Assembly: GCF_004010195.1 (NCBI RefSeq)
Contig: NC_057719.1
Span: 11,479,047-11,543,046 of the forward strand
From: Chiloscyllium plagiosum
Lineage: Eukaryota
Reading direction: 5' to 3'
DNA length: 64,000 bases
Under the pieces are notes generated by a model. The model was not told where the DNA came from, did no database searches, and saw only the letters and a program-made list of their open reading frames with translations. The stretch's first letter is position 1. Each line of letters begins with the position of its first letter. Both the position numbers and the translations under genes were made by a program. Of this stretch, positions 1 through 11,115 are shown piece after piece.

Positions 1-357
1 TTGGAACGGCGAAGGATGAGGGGTAACTTGGTAGAGGTTTATAAGATGATCAGAGGAATAGGTAGAGTAGACAGTCAGAAACTTTTTCCCCGGGTGCAAC
101 AGAGTGTTACAAGGGGACATAAATTTACGGTGAAGGGTGGAAGGTATAGGGGAGATGTCAGGGGTGGGTTCTTTACCCAGAGAGTGGTGGGGGCATGGAA
201 TGCGCTGCCTGTGCGAGTGGTAGAGTCAGAATCATTGGTGACCTTTAAGCGGCAATTGGATAGGTACATGGACAGGTGCTTAAGCTAGGACAAATGTTCG
301 GCACAACATCGTGGGCCGAAGGGCCTGTTCTGTGCTGTATTGTTCTATGTTCTATGT
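1..357 (+). mobile_element. CR1 (HER1-like) LINE 3' end
   Basis: ORF2 C-terminus (RRRMRGNLVEVYKM...FFTQRVVGAWNALP), 3'UTR gggccgaagggcctg and a (ttctatg)n tail. Confidence 0.9.
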
Positions 358-1829
358 AATCTTACTGTTAGCTCCTTTCAGCAACTGGACCTAATTCAAA
401 ATATGAATTTAGCATTTAAAGTACTAATAGTGAAACACTCCCAGCTATATTATCATTGACCAAAAGAAAATGCTGAAGAATTAATCTTTCAGTTACTTAT
501 GAAGTTTTGGTAGTTGAGTTTTGGCTTTATCACTGTTTGTTCTTTAATTTCATGTTTGTAAAAATACACTTAAGGCATCTTATTTCTATTTGGGACTAAG
601 AGTGCACCAGCTTCCTAGACACAATAATTAGTTTCTTATCCTTAAAGGCCTTGAATGGCTGTGGTGAAACCTGTCATTTCATCTATTGTAAGAGTGCAAA
701 ATGGTAAGAATCCTAATTCAGAATGCTGAGAGGAATGTGAGCGTCAATCTTCAAATAAGACATGGGTAGATAAAGTCAATAAAAAGAGTAAATTGTTTTT
801 TGGATGTTTGAAATAAGGGCACAAAGCACAATAGTAGCTGAAACGGCATGGTAGTTGAACTACATAATAATAACAGAAATAAAATGCACCTCTCTCCGAG
901 ACTGCGACTCATGCACTAACAAGAATTCTAGTTTTAGTCAGGCAAAGGGAGCTCAGTACCAGATCTTCTTCAGAGCATTTCCCCAATAACATTCGCCACT
1001 GCCTATGTTTGTGTTTCGCTGTCTCAAATTATGTTGTAAACTGGGGAGCTTTAAAAGGGTCTTCTTTACCACAAAAGGTGTTTTCAGAAGGCGGTGTTAC
1101 ATGAAGACCATGTGTACTTAACTGAACTTTGATATCATGTAAGGACAGCCCAGCAAATGTAGTTTTGCGTGTCTTATAATCATGTTGTACAATATCCATC
1201 TGAAATATAGGCAGAAGGGCTTCTGAGTGTGCATTGTACCTTAACATATTCCTACATGGCCTGACAAAATGAGCTAAGAATTCATATTGGTACCAATTAT
1301 TCCATTTTGATTAGAGCTGTCAGAATAACGTTCCCTTCATCCCATATTCTCTTGTATTATCACAGTCAAGTAAAAGCATTATTTCTATGGAGGAGAATTG
1401 GAGTGCTGAATTTAACATTGGACAGCAGCCCTGCCCACTGAAAAGTTGGGCAAAACCCACCTCCAACAGGCGAGATACCCACAATCACAGTTAACATTCA
1501 TCGGGTAATTAAATGACACCTCCCCCACTCCGCACATGTGAGAGGATATTTTTTATCCATTCAGAGGATGTAGGTGACCCTGGCACGGCCAGTAGTTATT
1601 ACTCTTCCCTGGTGATCTTGAGCAGAGGGTGGTGAGCTGCCTTCTTGAACTGCTGCGATCCATGGAAATGGGTTACTATTGGCAGAGCTGGCATAAGCAA
1701 CTAGAATTGTCCTAACCCGCAAAACCCATGTTCCATGAATTAATTAAAAAAGGTATATCTATAGGTTGTTCAGAAGGGAGTGCCAAAGTTTTGACACAGC
1801 AACAAAAAAGGAACTAGCTGCAGGTCAGG

Positions 1830-2450
1830 AGGTAATGGCCTCGTATTATTACTGCTGAAATATTCGTCAAAAGACCCGTAATGTTCTGGGGACCCAGGTT
1901 TGAATCTTGCCACAGCCATAGGGGATATTGCATTCAATGAAAGTCTGAAACTTAAAGTCTAATGATGACCATGAAACTGTTGTCAATTGTTGGGGAAAAG
2001 CACAGCGGGTTCACTAATGTCCTTGAGAGAAGGAAACTGCAGTCTTTACCTGTTCTGATCTGATTGTGACTCCAGACCCACAGCAATGTGGTTGACTCTT
2101 AACTGTCCTCTGAGCAATTAGATATGGGAATGAATGAATTAAATTTTTAAAAAAATGTTCTGGGGATCCGGGCATGAATCCTGCCATGTCGGATGGTGGA
2201 ATTTGAATTCAGTAAAAATTTCAAAGGTCTAATGATGACCATTAAAATGTTGTAAATCGTCAGAAATAAAACACCTGATTCGCTAATGTCCTTTAGGGAA
2301 GGAATCCACATTCCTTACCTATGAGGTCCACGTATGACTCCAGACCCACAGCAAGATAGTTGAAGTCTTGACTGCCCTGTGAGAAATTAGGGGTGGGTAA
2401 TAAATGCTGACCTAGGCAAAGACGTCCTCATCCCATGTATGAAATTAAAA
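1830..2450 (+). mobile_element. Two adjacent copies of a tRNA-head SINE ('family B') with a LINE-derived tail
   Basis: Repeated motifs tctaatgatgaccat, ctaatgtcc and gactccagacccacagcaa. Further copies near 18.2-18.5, 33.1-33.4, 33.8/35.1, 41.8, 51.7, 60.9/61.8 and 63.8 kb. Confidence 0.7.
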
Positions 2451-3229
2451 AATGATACAGTGCAAAACCCTGAAGGTTAATGGGATGGAATTAAGCATAA
2501 TATGCTTTTGTGTTCCAGTTATTCAGTGCATTGGCAAGACCATGTAGAGCACAAAGCAGTACAGCACAGAAACAGACCTTTTGGCCCACTATATCTGTGC
2601 CAACCACGATGCCATTCCAAACTAATCCTAACTGCCTGCACACGGTCTGTATCTCACAAATACAGTGCAGCTTTTGTCTCCATATTTAGGGAAGGATTTA
2701 AATATATTGGAGGCAACTCAGGAGGCTTCCTAAATTGGTACCTGTAATTCATATGTTGTCTTATGAGAACAGATTAGACGTACTGGTCTTGTTTCCATTG
2801 GAGTTAGAATTGGCAATGACTTAATTGAATTGAATAAGCCCCTTGACAAAGTGAACAGAGTAATGAAGTTTTTCATGCTGGTCAGTCCAGAACTTGGCAG
2901 CATTGTTTTAAAATTCGATACTGCCCTATTAGAAGAAAGATTAGGAAAATTATTTTTTCTTTTCTAAAGTTGTGACACTCTGTTCTTCAGAAAGTGGTCG
3001 AGATGAAGTCGTTGTCTTGAAAATATTCAAAGATAGATTCTTTTTTAGGCAGGGGAATTCAAGGATTTTGGCATTAAATGGGAATGTTGAATTCAACACA
3101 AACAGATGTATCATGATCTTACTGAATGAGGGAGCAAGGCTAAAGAACCAAATTGTCTACATATGCTCCTGTTTTGTGTGTTTGTTGGTACTTGGTTAAA
3201 TGCTGATTTGATATCAGTGACTGTACCTT

Positions 3230-4240
3230 CACAATTCAGTTAATTTGTTTGTGAGGTCAGAAGCTGACTGAGCCTGATGAAATCCAAACTGAGCATTGGT
3301 GAGCAGGGTACTGCTGAGCAAATGCACTTCATAGCAGTATTGATGACCTTTTCCATCACTTTGATTGAGAGTTGACTAACAAGGCAGTAATTGACCAGCT
3401 TGGATTGTCTGACTTCTTGTGAACAGGACAGACTTGGGCATGTTTAGATTAGATTACATACAGTGTGGAAACAGGCCCTTCGGCCCAACAAGTCCACACC
3501 GACCCTCCAACCCATCCAGACCCATTCCCCTACATTTACCCCTTCATTTACTACGGGCAATTTAGCATGGCCAATTCATCTAACCTGTACATTTTTGGAC
3601 TGTGGGAGGAAACCGGAGCACCCGAAGGAAACCCACGCAGACACGGGGATAATGTGCAAACTCCACATAGACAGTTGCCTGAGGTGGGAATTGAACCCCG
3701 GTCTCTTGGGCTGTGAGGCAGCAGTGCTGATTGCTTTGCCCATGTTGTTAGGGCCCATTGCTCAGCTTGAGGTGAATCAAAATAGCTGAAGGCTGTCATC
3801 TGTGATACTGCAGACCTTAGGAGCAAGTCGAGATTGATCATCTGAGTGACACTTTTGTGGCTGCAAATGCTTCAGTTTTGGTCTTTTGCAATGATGTGTT
3901 GGACTCTCTTATCGTCGAGAATGGGGACATTTATGGAGCCAGCTCCTGGTAGTTGCTTAATTTGGCACCACCATTCAAAAGTGGCTGTGGCAGGATTGCA
4001 GCACTTAGATCTGATCCATTGTTTGTGCGATTGTCTAACCCTATCTGTTGCTTGCTGCTTTTGCTGGTTGGCATGTAAGTAGTCCAGTGTAGTAGTTTCA
4101 CCTGACTGATAGTATATTTTTAGGTATATATGGTGCTGCTCCTGGCATGTCTTCATGCACTCTTCAGTGAACTGGCTTTGATTCCCTGGCTCATCAGTAA
4201 TGGTAATGTGGGGTTTTACCGGGCCATAAAGTTGCAGATT
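3230..4240 (-). mobile_element. Degenerate CR1-group LINE ('family B') ORF2 fragment, interrupted by an HE1 SINE
   Basis: Minus-strand translation EWWCQIKQLPGAGSINVPILDD matches the 54.3-54.5 kb copy (EWWWTIKQLTGGGGSTNIPILND). Confidence 0.8.
3445..3745 (-). mobile_element. HE1-type V-SINE
   Basis: tRNA-like head, V-domain (gtggagtttgcacatt...gggtgctccggtttcctcccaca), CR1-like tail and (taatc)n end. Confidence 0.9.
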
Positions 4241-4509
4241 GTAAGCAAAATACTGTAGATGCCGGATATCTGAAACTATCAAAGAGGACACTTGAGAAAC
4301 AAAAGGGCTTCTAAGAATCCTATTATCTCTTCCTCTTCCTCCCTGCAACCTTCTCCATATTACTCCTATAAACACTAACAGGCTACTGGGGTTTAAGCAG
4401 CAGGAAGTGGTTTCAATTTGCCAAAGGCAGGAAAGTTGCCCAACACACAACCCCACTGCTGGTGAAATACCAAAGGAATTGGATAGGCATTAGGCAAGAT
4501 GACCTTCCA

Positions 4510-5432
4510 AGAGGGCGTAGAAGGATGGGTTAGTAAATTTGTGGACGACACTAAGGTCAGTACAGTTGTAGGTAGTGCCGAATGATGTTGTAGGTTTCAG
4601 AGGGAGATGAATAAGCTGCAGAGCTGGACTGAGAGGTGGCAAATGGAGTTTAATTCAGAGAAGTATGAAGTGATTCACTTTGGAAGGAGTAACAGGAATG
4701 CAGAGTACTGGGCAAATGGTAAGATTCTTGGTAGTGTAGATGAGCAGAGAGATCTCTGTGTCCATGTACATAGATCTCTCAAAGTTGCCACCAGGTTGAT
4801 AGGGTTGTTAAAAAGGGATACGACGTGTTAGCTTTTATTAGTAGAGGGATTGAGTTTCGGAACCATGAGGTCATGCTGTAGCTGTACAAAACTCTGGTGT
4901 GGCCACACTTGGAGTATTGCGTGTAGTTCTGGTCACCACATTAAAGGAAGGATATGGAAGCTTTGGAAAGGGTTCAGAGGAGATTTACCAGGATGTTGCC
5001 TGGTATGGAGGGAAGGACTTACAAGAAATGTTGAGAGACTTGAGGCTGTTTTCGTTCGAGAGAAGAATATTGAGAGGTGACTTAATTAAGACATACAAGG
5101 TAATCAGAGGCTAGATCAGGTGGACAATAGAGCTTTTTTCCTTCGATGGTGGTGGCTAGCACGAAGTGGGGACATAGCCTCAAATTGAGGTGTGATAGAT
5201 ATAGGACAGATGTCAGAGGTAGTTTGTTTACTCAGAGAGTAGTAGGAGTGTGAAACATACTGCCTAAACAGTTGTAGACTCGCCAACCTTATGGGCATTT
5301 AAATTGTCATTGGATAGGCATATGGATGAGAATGGAATAATGTAGGTTAGGTGGACTTCAGATTGGTTTCACAGGGCGGCACAACATTGAGGGCCGAAGG
5401 GCCTGCACTGTACTGTAATGTTCTGTGTTCTA
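4510..5432 (+). mobile_element. 5'-truncated CR1 LINE (RT C-terminal part plus 3'UTR)
   Basis: SKFVDDTK, WQMEFNSEK.EVIHFG and LRGDLIKTYK motifs; gggccgaagggcctg tail. Confidence 0.9.
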
Positions 5433-5618
5433 TAAGACACCCCTAACTATTCCATCTGACTTCATGCTGTCTCCCAGTCTGCTTACATGCCAGCTGCCTG
5501 GGCTAAGTGGAGTGGGCTTAAAATAACCGATAGGGACAAATAGTCTTGGCTGTATATCATTTGAAAATGTTTTATTATAAGTAATTCAACTGGTCATTGA
5601 ATTCCATCTTTCTGTTAG

Positions 5619-5781
5619 GCTTCATGTTCATTTCGGATCCTTTTCTTCCTGGATGGCAGCGATACTGGGCAAAGCAATGTTTGAAAATCTATCCTCGGAA
5701 ACCAAATATCTGCAACCTGGACCTTCACATGTCACCAGAGGAAACCAAAGACCTGTGGGAGCAGAGTAGAGAACAGCTGAG
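5619..5781 (+). CDS. ALKBH1: ALKBH1 (AlkB homolog 1 dioxygenase), internal exon (equivalent to human exon 3), 163 bp
   Basis: Translates (G)[53 protein letters not shown](R), closely similar to vertebrate ALKBH1. Acceptor ttag| at 5618, donor |gtaact at 5782; phase fits the next exon. Confidence 0.95.
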
Positions 5782-6457
5782 GTAACTGCTCCAAAATGGG
5801 AGGTTTACTGGCAGTGGCAAGTCTCTGTTTCGCCTCATTTTATAGCCTTTATTTCTGGCTATAGAACAACAGGACCTGTGTGCAACCAAACATGAATCTT
5901 GTAGAGACCTGCCCAATTCATTGACTATTTCCTATTCTCTTGAGGGACACGGGTGTCACTGGATAGGGCGACATTAATTATCGATCCCTAGTTGACCTTG
6001 AAAACGTGGTGGTGAGCTGACTGTGCTGTAGGTAGACCCACAATGCTGTCAGGGAAGGAGTACAAGGATGAAGGAACTAAGGGCATTGTTAAGAAGTTTG
6101 TAGATGATAAAAGGATAGGTGAAAGAATAGTGTTGAGGAAGCGGGGAAGCTGCAGAAGGACTTGGACAGGCTAGGAGAGTGGGCAGAGAAATGGCAGATG
6201 GAATACAATGTGGGAAAGTATGAGGTTATGCACTTTGGTAGGAAGAACGTAGGCATAGGCTGTTATCTAAACAGAAAAAAGGCTTCAGAAATCTGAAATA
6301 CAAAGGAACTTGGGAGTCTGAGTTCAGGATTCTCTTAAGGTCAACGTGCAGCTTCAGTTGGCATTAGGAAGGCATATACAATGTTAGCATTCATTTCAAG
6401 AGGGCTAGGATACAAGAACTGAAATGTACTGCAGAGGCTGTGTAAGGTTCTAGTCAG

Positions 6458-6568
6458 GTGTATTCTAGGTGTATTTTAATCCTGAAGAAGGGCTTATGCC
6501 CGAAACGTCGATTCTCCTGTTCCCTGGATGCTGCCTGACCTGCGCTTTTCCAGCAACACATTTCCAGC
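6458..6568 (+). mobile_element. Short PLE-derived insertion with a minimal hammerhead motif; 15-bp TSD
   Basis: TSD taaggttctagtcag at 6443-6457 and 6569-6583. Body is homologous to the 3' terminus of the PLE at 43.7 kb. Confidence 0.85.
6478..6513 (+). ncRNA. Putative minimal type-I hammerhead ribozyme
   Basis: aatc-CUGAAGA-A-GGGC-uuau-GCCC-GAAA-CG-UC-gauu: conserved core boxes, 4-bp stem II, palindromic ACGU in place of stem III, stem I aauc/gauu. Confidence 0.7.
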
Positions 6569-6834
6569 TAAGGTTCTAGTCAGACCACGTTTGCAATATT
6601 GTGAGCAGTTTTGGGCCCCATATTAAGGAAGGATGGGGTGGCTTTAGAAGGATATTCACAAGATGTGCCAAACAGCCTAATTCTGCTCCTATGTCTTATG
6701 GACTATTTTAGACAGTGAAGGAATGACGATATATTTCCAAGTCAGAATGGTGAGTAGCTTGGAGAGGACATGTTGTACAGAATGATGTGGTCAGTATTCT
6801 CCCTAAAGTCAGCCTGAGTTTGTAAGCTTCAAAT

Positions 6835-7213
6835 AAACCATAAGCCTGCTCTGTTATTCAGTGAGATCATGGTCGATCTTCTACTTTTCCCACACTATTC
6901 CCTTAATCATTCATGTCTTTTATATCTCAACATCAGTCGATCTCGATCTTGAAGATTCTTGAAGACTGGGTTTCACAGCCCTCCTGGCCACTAAATTCCA
7001 AAGACTCACCACCCTCCGAGTGAAAAAATTCCTCCTCATCTCAATCTTGAATGGCCTATGCTTTCATCTGAGTCTCTATCCCCTGGTTGTAGACCACCTC
7101 TGGCCAGGGGAATATCCTTTCTGCGTGTACCCTGTCGATCCCTATAAGAGTTAACTAAGTCTGAATGAAATCCCCTCTCATTCTACTAAATTTCAGGGAA
7201 TAGAGGCACAGTC
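6835..7213 (-). mobile_element. Old CR1 LINE 3' end
   Basis: Reverse complement gives gagatgaggaggaatttttt...agggtggtgagtctttggaat and a CR1-type 3'UTR. Confidence 0.7.
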
Positions 7214-8192
7214 TGTATTCTAGGTGTATTTTAATCAATGTGCTACATTTTTAAGTAGTGTATTCATCTATTCCTCCTTTTTCTCAGTCAGCTTCAGAAA
7301 GTGCTAATCTCTCTGCTTCTAGACCTTCCATATTCTATGTGGATGTCAGTAAACCATATACACCAAACCTTCTATTTTTAACCCTCCTTTCCTTTCCCTC
7401 TGTTTGCAGTGTTGTGCTTTTCCAAATTTTGCCCAGCCTGATCTCCTTCTGATTTCAATCTTTCCTCCCAAAAAAATGTCAAACTGCATGCATCATTTAA
7501 TGGAACCTCTTCTACAGATGTAGACGTTCAACTCTGCCCACTTTAATGTCTTGATAAATGGTCCATTCTGATTCTTCATCTCCACAGAAGTGTCCGCCTT
7601 TGTAGCCATCACTTGCTGATTCCATCTTACAGTACATCAAAAGTTAGCAAAATTCATCACAGGCTCAATTATTGGGTGGCATCCAATCCTACTGTGAAGT
7701 AAAGATAGTGTTCAAAATGTTACTCTGATCCACTAACATCTGAGGAGTGAACTGACAAATTTGTTCATAGCAATTACAGATATTTTTATTGCTACTCCAT
7801 GCAGTCTGACTCTTTTAACTGGGTCAATGTCTGGAACATATTTAATACAAAAATTTAAGCAGGCCAAAAGTATTTGAAGGATTCTGGGTAATCCAAGATG
7901 GAGGACGGGAAAGAGTTCTGGCTGTAAGAGCTGCTCCTTTTTTTTTTTTGAGGCATTTTAGGTGTTGGAGGTGATTTCCTTGAATTTCAGGAGCAGCAAT
8001 TACTGTTTTATATGCTGTTGCATTGTTTTGGAACTTTGGAAAAAAAATGTCAAAACAACAACAGTTTTGAAAGGGAGAAGAGCAGACAAAGGAAGCACAT
8101 GGTGAGGACAGTGCAGGAGAGAGAAAGAGAGAACCTGCACAGTTAGCGCCTTTGCTGTTTGAATTCGTGTATCTCTGGACATCGGAGTGCAT

Positions 8193-8268
8193 TTGGGAAA
8201 ATGAACAAACAGTGAAATTCACAACTAATCTTGGGAAAATGAACAAACAGTGAAATTCACAACTAATC
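8193..8268 (+). repeat. Perfect 38-bp tandem duplication in the CR1 5'UTR
   Basis: ttgggaaaatgaacaaacagtgaaattcacaactaatc occurs twice in tandem. Confidence 0.95.
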
Positions 8269-11044
8269 TTGAAGGAACTGTTGGGCGGAGTTCACAGCAC
8301 AGAATCAGATAAGTTAATTGTTGTTTTAAGTCTGTCCAAGAGAAAGGCTGCAGTAGTGAGTATAGTGGATTCTTTCTTGATTATATGTTTTTGGAGATCA
8401 GTCTCTTGATTAGACTTAAAATATAAGCCATAGCTATTAATTTAACCTGGGGCAGTTTTTGTAGAGGAATAAGACGGTGTTATTTTCTGGGTCTGTAGAT
8501 TGTGAAGGAGCAAAAATGGCCTTGACAGTGATATATACTTCTTGTCAGATGTGGGAGTTTAAAAAGAGTTTCAGGGTTACTGCGGATTATATCTGCCATA
8601 AATGCTGTTGGATGCGAATCTTATCAGATCGAGTGGATCAGTTGGAGAGACAGGTAGAAGCATTGAGGAATTTGCAACAGCAACAGTATGTGATGGATGG
8701 CAGTTACAGGAAGGGGGGAAANNNNNNNNNNNNNNNNNNNNNNNNNNNNNNNNNNNNNNNNNNNNNNNNNNNNNNNNNNNNNNNNNNNNNNNNNNNNNNN
8801 NNNNNNNNNNNNNNNNNNNNNNNNNNNNNNNNNNNNNNNNNNNNNNNNNNNNNNNNNNNNNNNNNNNNNNNNNNNNNNNNNNNNNNNNNNNNNNNNNNNN
8901 NNNNNNNNNNNNNNNNNNNNNNNNNNNNNNNNNNNNNNNNNNNNNNNNNNNNNNNNNNNNNNNNNNNNNNNNNNNNNNNNNNNNNNNNNNNNNNNNNNNN
9001 NNNNNNNNNNNNNNNNNNNNNNNNNNNNNNNNNNNNNNNNNNNNNNNNNNNNNNNNNNNNNNNNNNNNNNNNNNNNNNNNNNNNNNNNNNNNNNNNNNNN
9101 NNNNNNNNNNNNNNNNNNNNNNNNNNNNNNNNNNNNNNNNNNNNNNNNNNNNNGTAAGGTGGGGGGGGGGGGGTGGGACCCAGGGAGATAGTGAGGAAAG
9201 AGATCAATCTAAGACTGGTACAGCTGAGAACAGAAGTGAGTCGGGCAGGCAGGGACAAGGTAGGACTAATAAATTAAACTGCATTTAATTTCAATGCAAG
9301 GGGCCTAACAGGGAGTGCAGATGATCTCAGGGCATGGTTAGGAACATGGGACTGGGATATCATAGCAATTACGGAAACATGGCTCAGGGATGGGCAGGAC
9401 TGGCAGCTTAATTTTCCAGAATACAAATGCTGCAGAAAGGATAGAAAGGGAGGCAAGAGAGGAGGGGAAGTGGCACTTCTGATAAGGGATAGCATTACAG
9501 CTGTGCTGAGGGAGGATATTGCCGGAAATACATCCAGGGAAGTTATTTGGGTGGAACTGAGAAATAAGAAAGGAATGATCACCTTATTGAGATTGTATTA
9601 TAGATCCCCCAATAGTCAGAGGGAAATTGAGAAACAAACTTGTAAGGAGATCTCCGCTATCTGTAAGAATAATAGGGTAGTTATGGTAGGGGATTTTAAG
9701 TTTCCAAACATCGACTGGGATTGCCATAGTGTTAAAAGTTTAGATGGAGAGGAATTTCTTAAGTGTGTACAAGACCATTTTCTGATTCAGTATGTGGATG
9801 TACCTACTAGAGAAGATGCAAAACTTAACCTACTCTTGGGAAATAAGGCAGGGCCGGTGACTGAGGTGTCAGTGGGGGAACACTTTAGGGCCAGCAACCA
9901 TAATTCTATTCGTTTTAAAATAGTGATGGAAAAGGATAGACCAGATCTTAAAGTTGAAGTTCTAAATTGAAGAAAGGCCAATTTTGACGGTATTAGGCAA
10001 GAACTTTCGAAAGCTGATTGGAGGCAGATGTTCGCAGGTAAAGGGATGGCTGGAAAATGGGAAGCCTTCAGAAATGAGATAACAAGAATCCAGAGAAAGT
10101 ATATTCCTGTCAGGGTGAAAGGGAAGGCAGGTAGGTATAGGGAATGCTGGATGACCAAATAAATTGAGAGTTTGGTTAAGAAAAAGAAGGAAACATATGT
10201 CAGGTATAGACCGGGTAGATCGAGTGAATCCTTAGAGTATAAAGAAAGTAGGAGTATACTTAAGAGGGAAATCAGGAGGGCAAAACGGGGACATGAGATA
10301 GCTTTGGCAAATAGAACTAAGGAGAATCCAAAGGGTTTGTACAAATATATTAAGGACAAAAGGGTAGCCAGGGAGAGAATAGGGCCCCTCAAAGATCAGC
10401 AAGGCGGCCTTTGTGTGGAGCCATAGAAAATGGGGCAGATACTAAATGAATATTCAGCATCAGTATTTACTGTTGAAAAGGATATAGAAGATTTGGACTG
10501 GAGGGAACTAGATGGTGACATCTTGCAAAATGTCCAGATTACAGAGGAGGAAGTGCTGGATGTCTTGAAATGGTTAAAGGTGGAATAATCCCCAGGACGT
10601 GATCAGGTGTTCCCGAGAACTCTGTGGGAAGCTAGAGAAGTGATTGCTGGGCCTCTTGCTGAGATATTTGTATCATCGACAGTCACAGGTGAGGTGCCGG
10701 AAGACTGGAGGTTGGCAAATGTGATGCCTCTGTTTAAGAAGGGCGGTAAAGACAAGCTACGGAACTAAACACCGGTGACCTCGGTGGTGGGTAAGTTGTT
10801 GGAGGGAATCCTGAGGGACAGGATGTGCATGTATTTGGAAAGGCAAGGACTGATTCGGGATCGTCAACATGGCTTTGTGCGTGGGAAATCATGTCTCACA
10901 AACTTGATTGAGTTTTTTGAAGAAGTAACAAAGAAGATTGATGAGGGCAGAGCAGTAGATGTGATCTATGTGGACTTCAGTAAGGCGTTCGACAAGGTTC
11001 TCCATGGGAGACTGATTAGCAAGGTTAGATCTCATGGAATACAG

Positions 11045-11115
11045 GGAGAAAGTGAGGTCTGTAGATGCTGGAGATCAGAGCTGAAAATGTGTTGCTGGAA
11101 CAGCGCAGCAGGTCA
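11045..11115 (-). mobile_element. PLE-derived short element inserted in CR1 ORF2, running into an N gap
   Basis: ggagaaagtgaggtctgtagatgctggagatcagagctgaaaatgtgttgctgg matches the left arm of the 50013 element. Confidence 0.85.

Larger units (their letters stand above)
6081..6702 (+). mobile_element. CR1 LINE fragment hosting a PLE-derived insertion
   Basis: KFVDD and WAEKWQMEYNVGK motifs; the CR1 sequence resumes after 6568. Confidence 0.8.

Noticed and set aside
3872..4456. 194-aa minus-strand ORF
   Set aside because: Its recognisable part is a degenerate LINE ORF2 fragment, not a host gene.
361..5618. Search for ALKBH1 exons 1-2
   Set aside because: No matching coding sequence found; they presumably lie upstream of the window.
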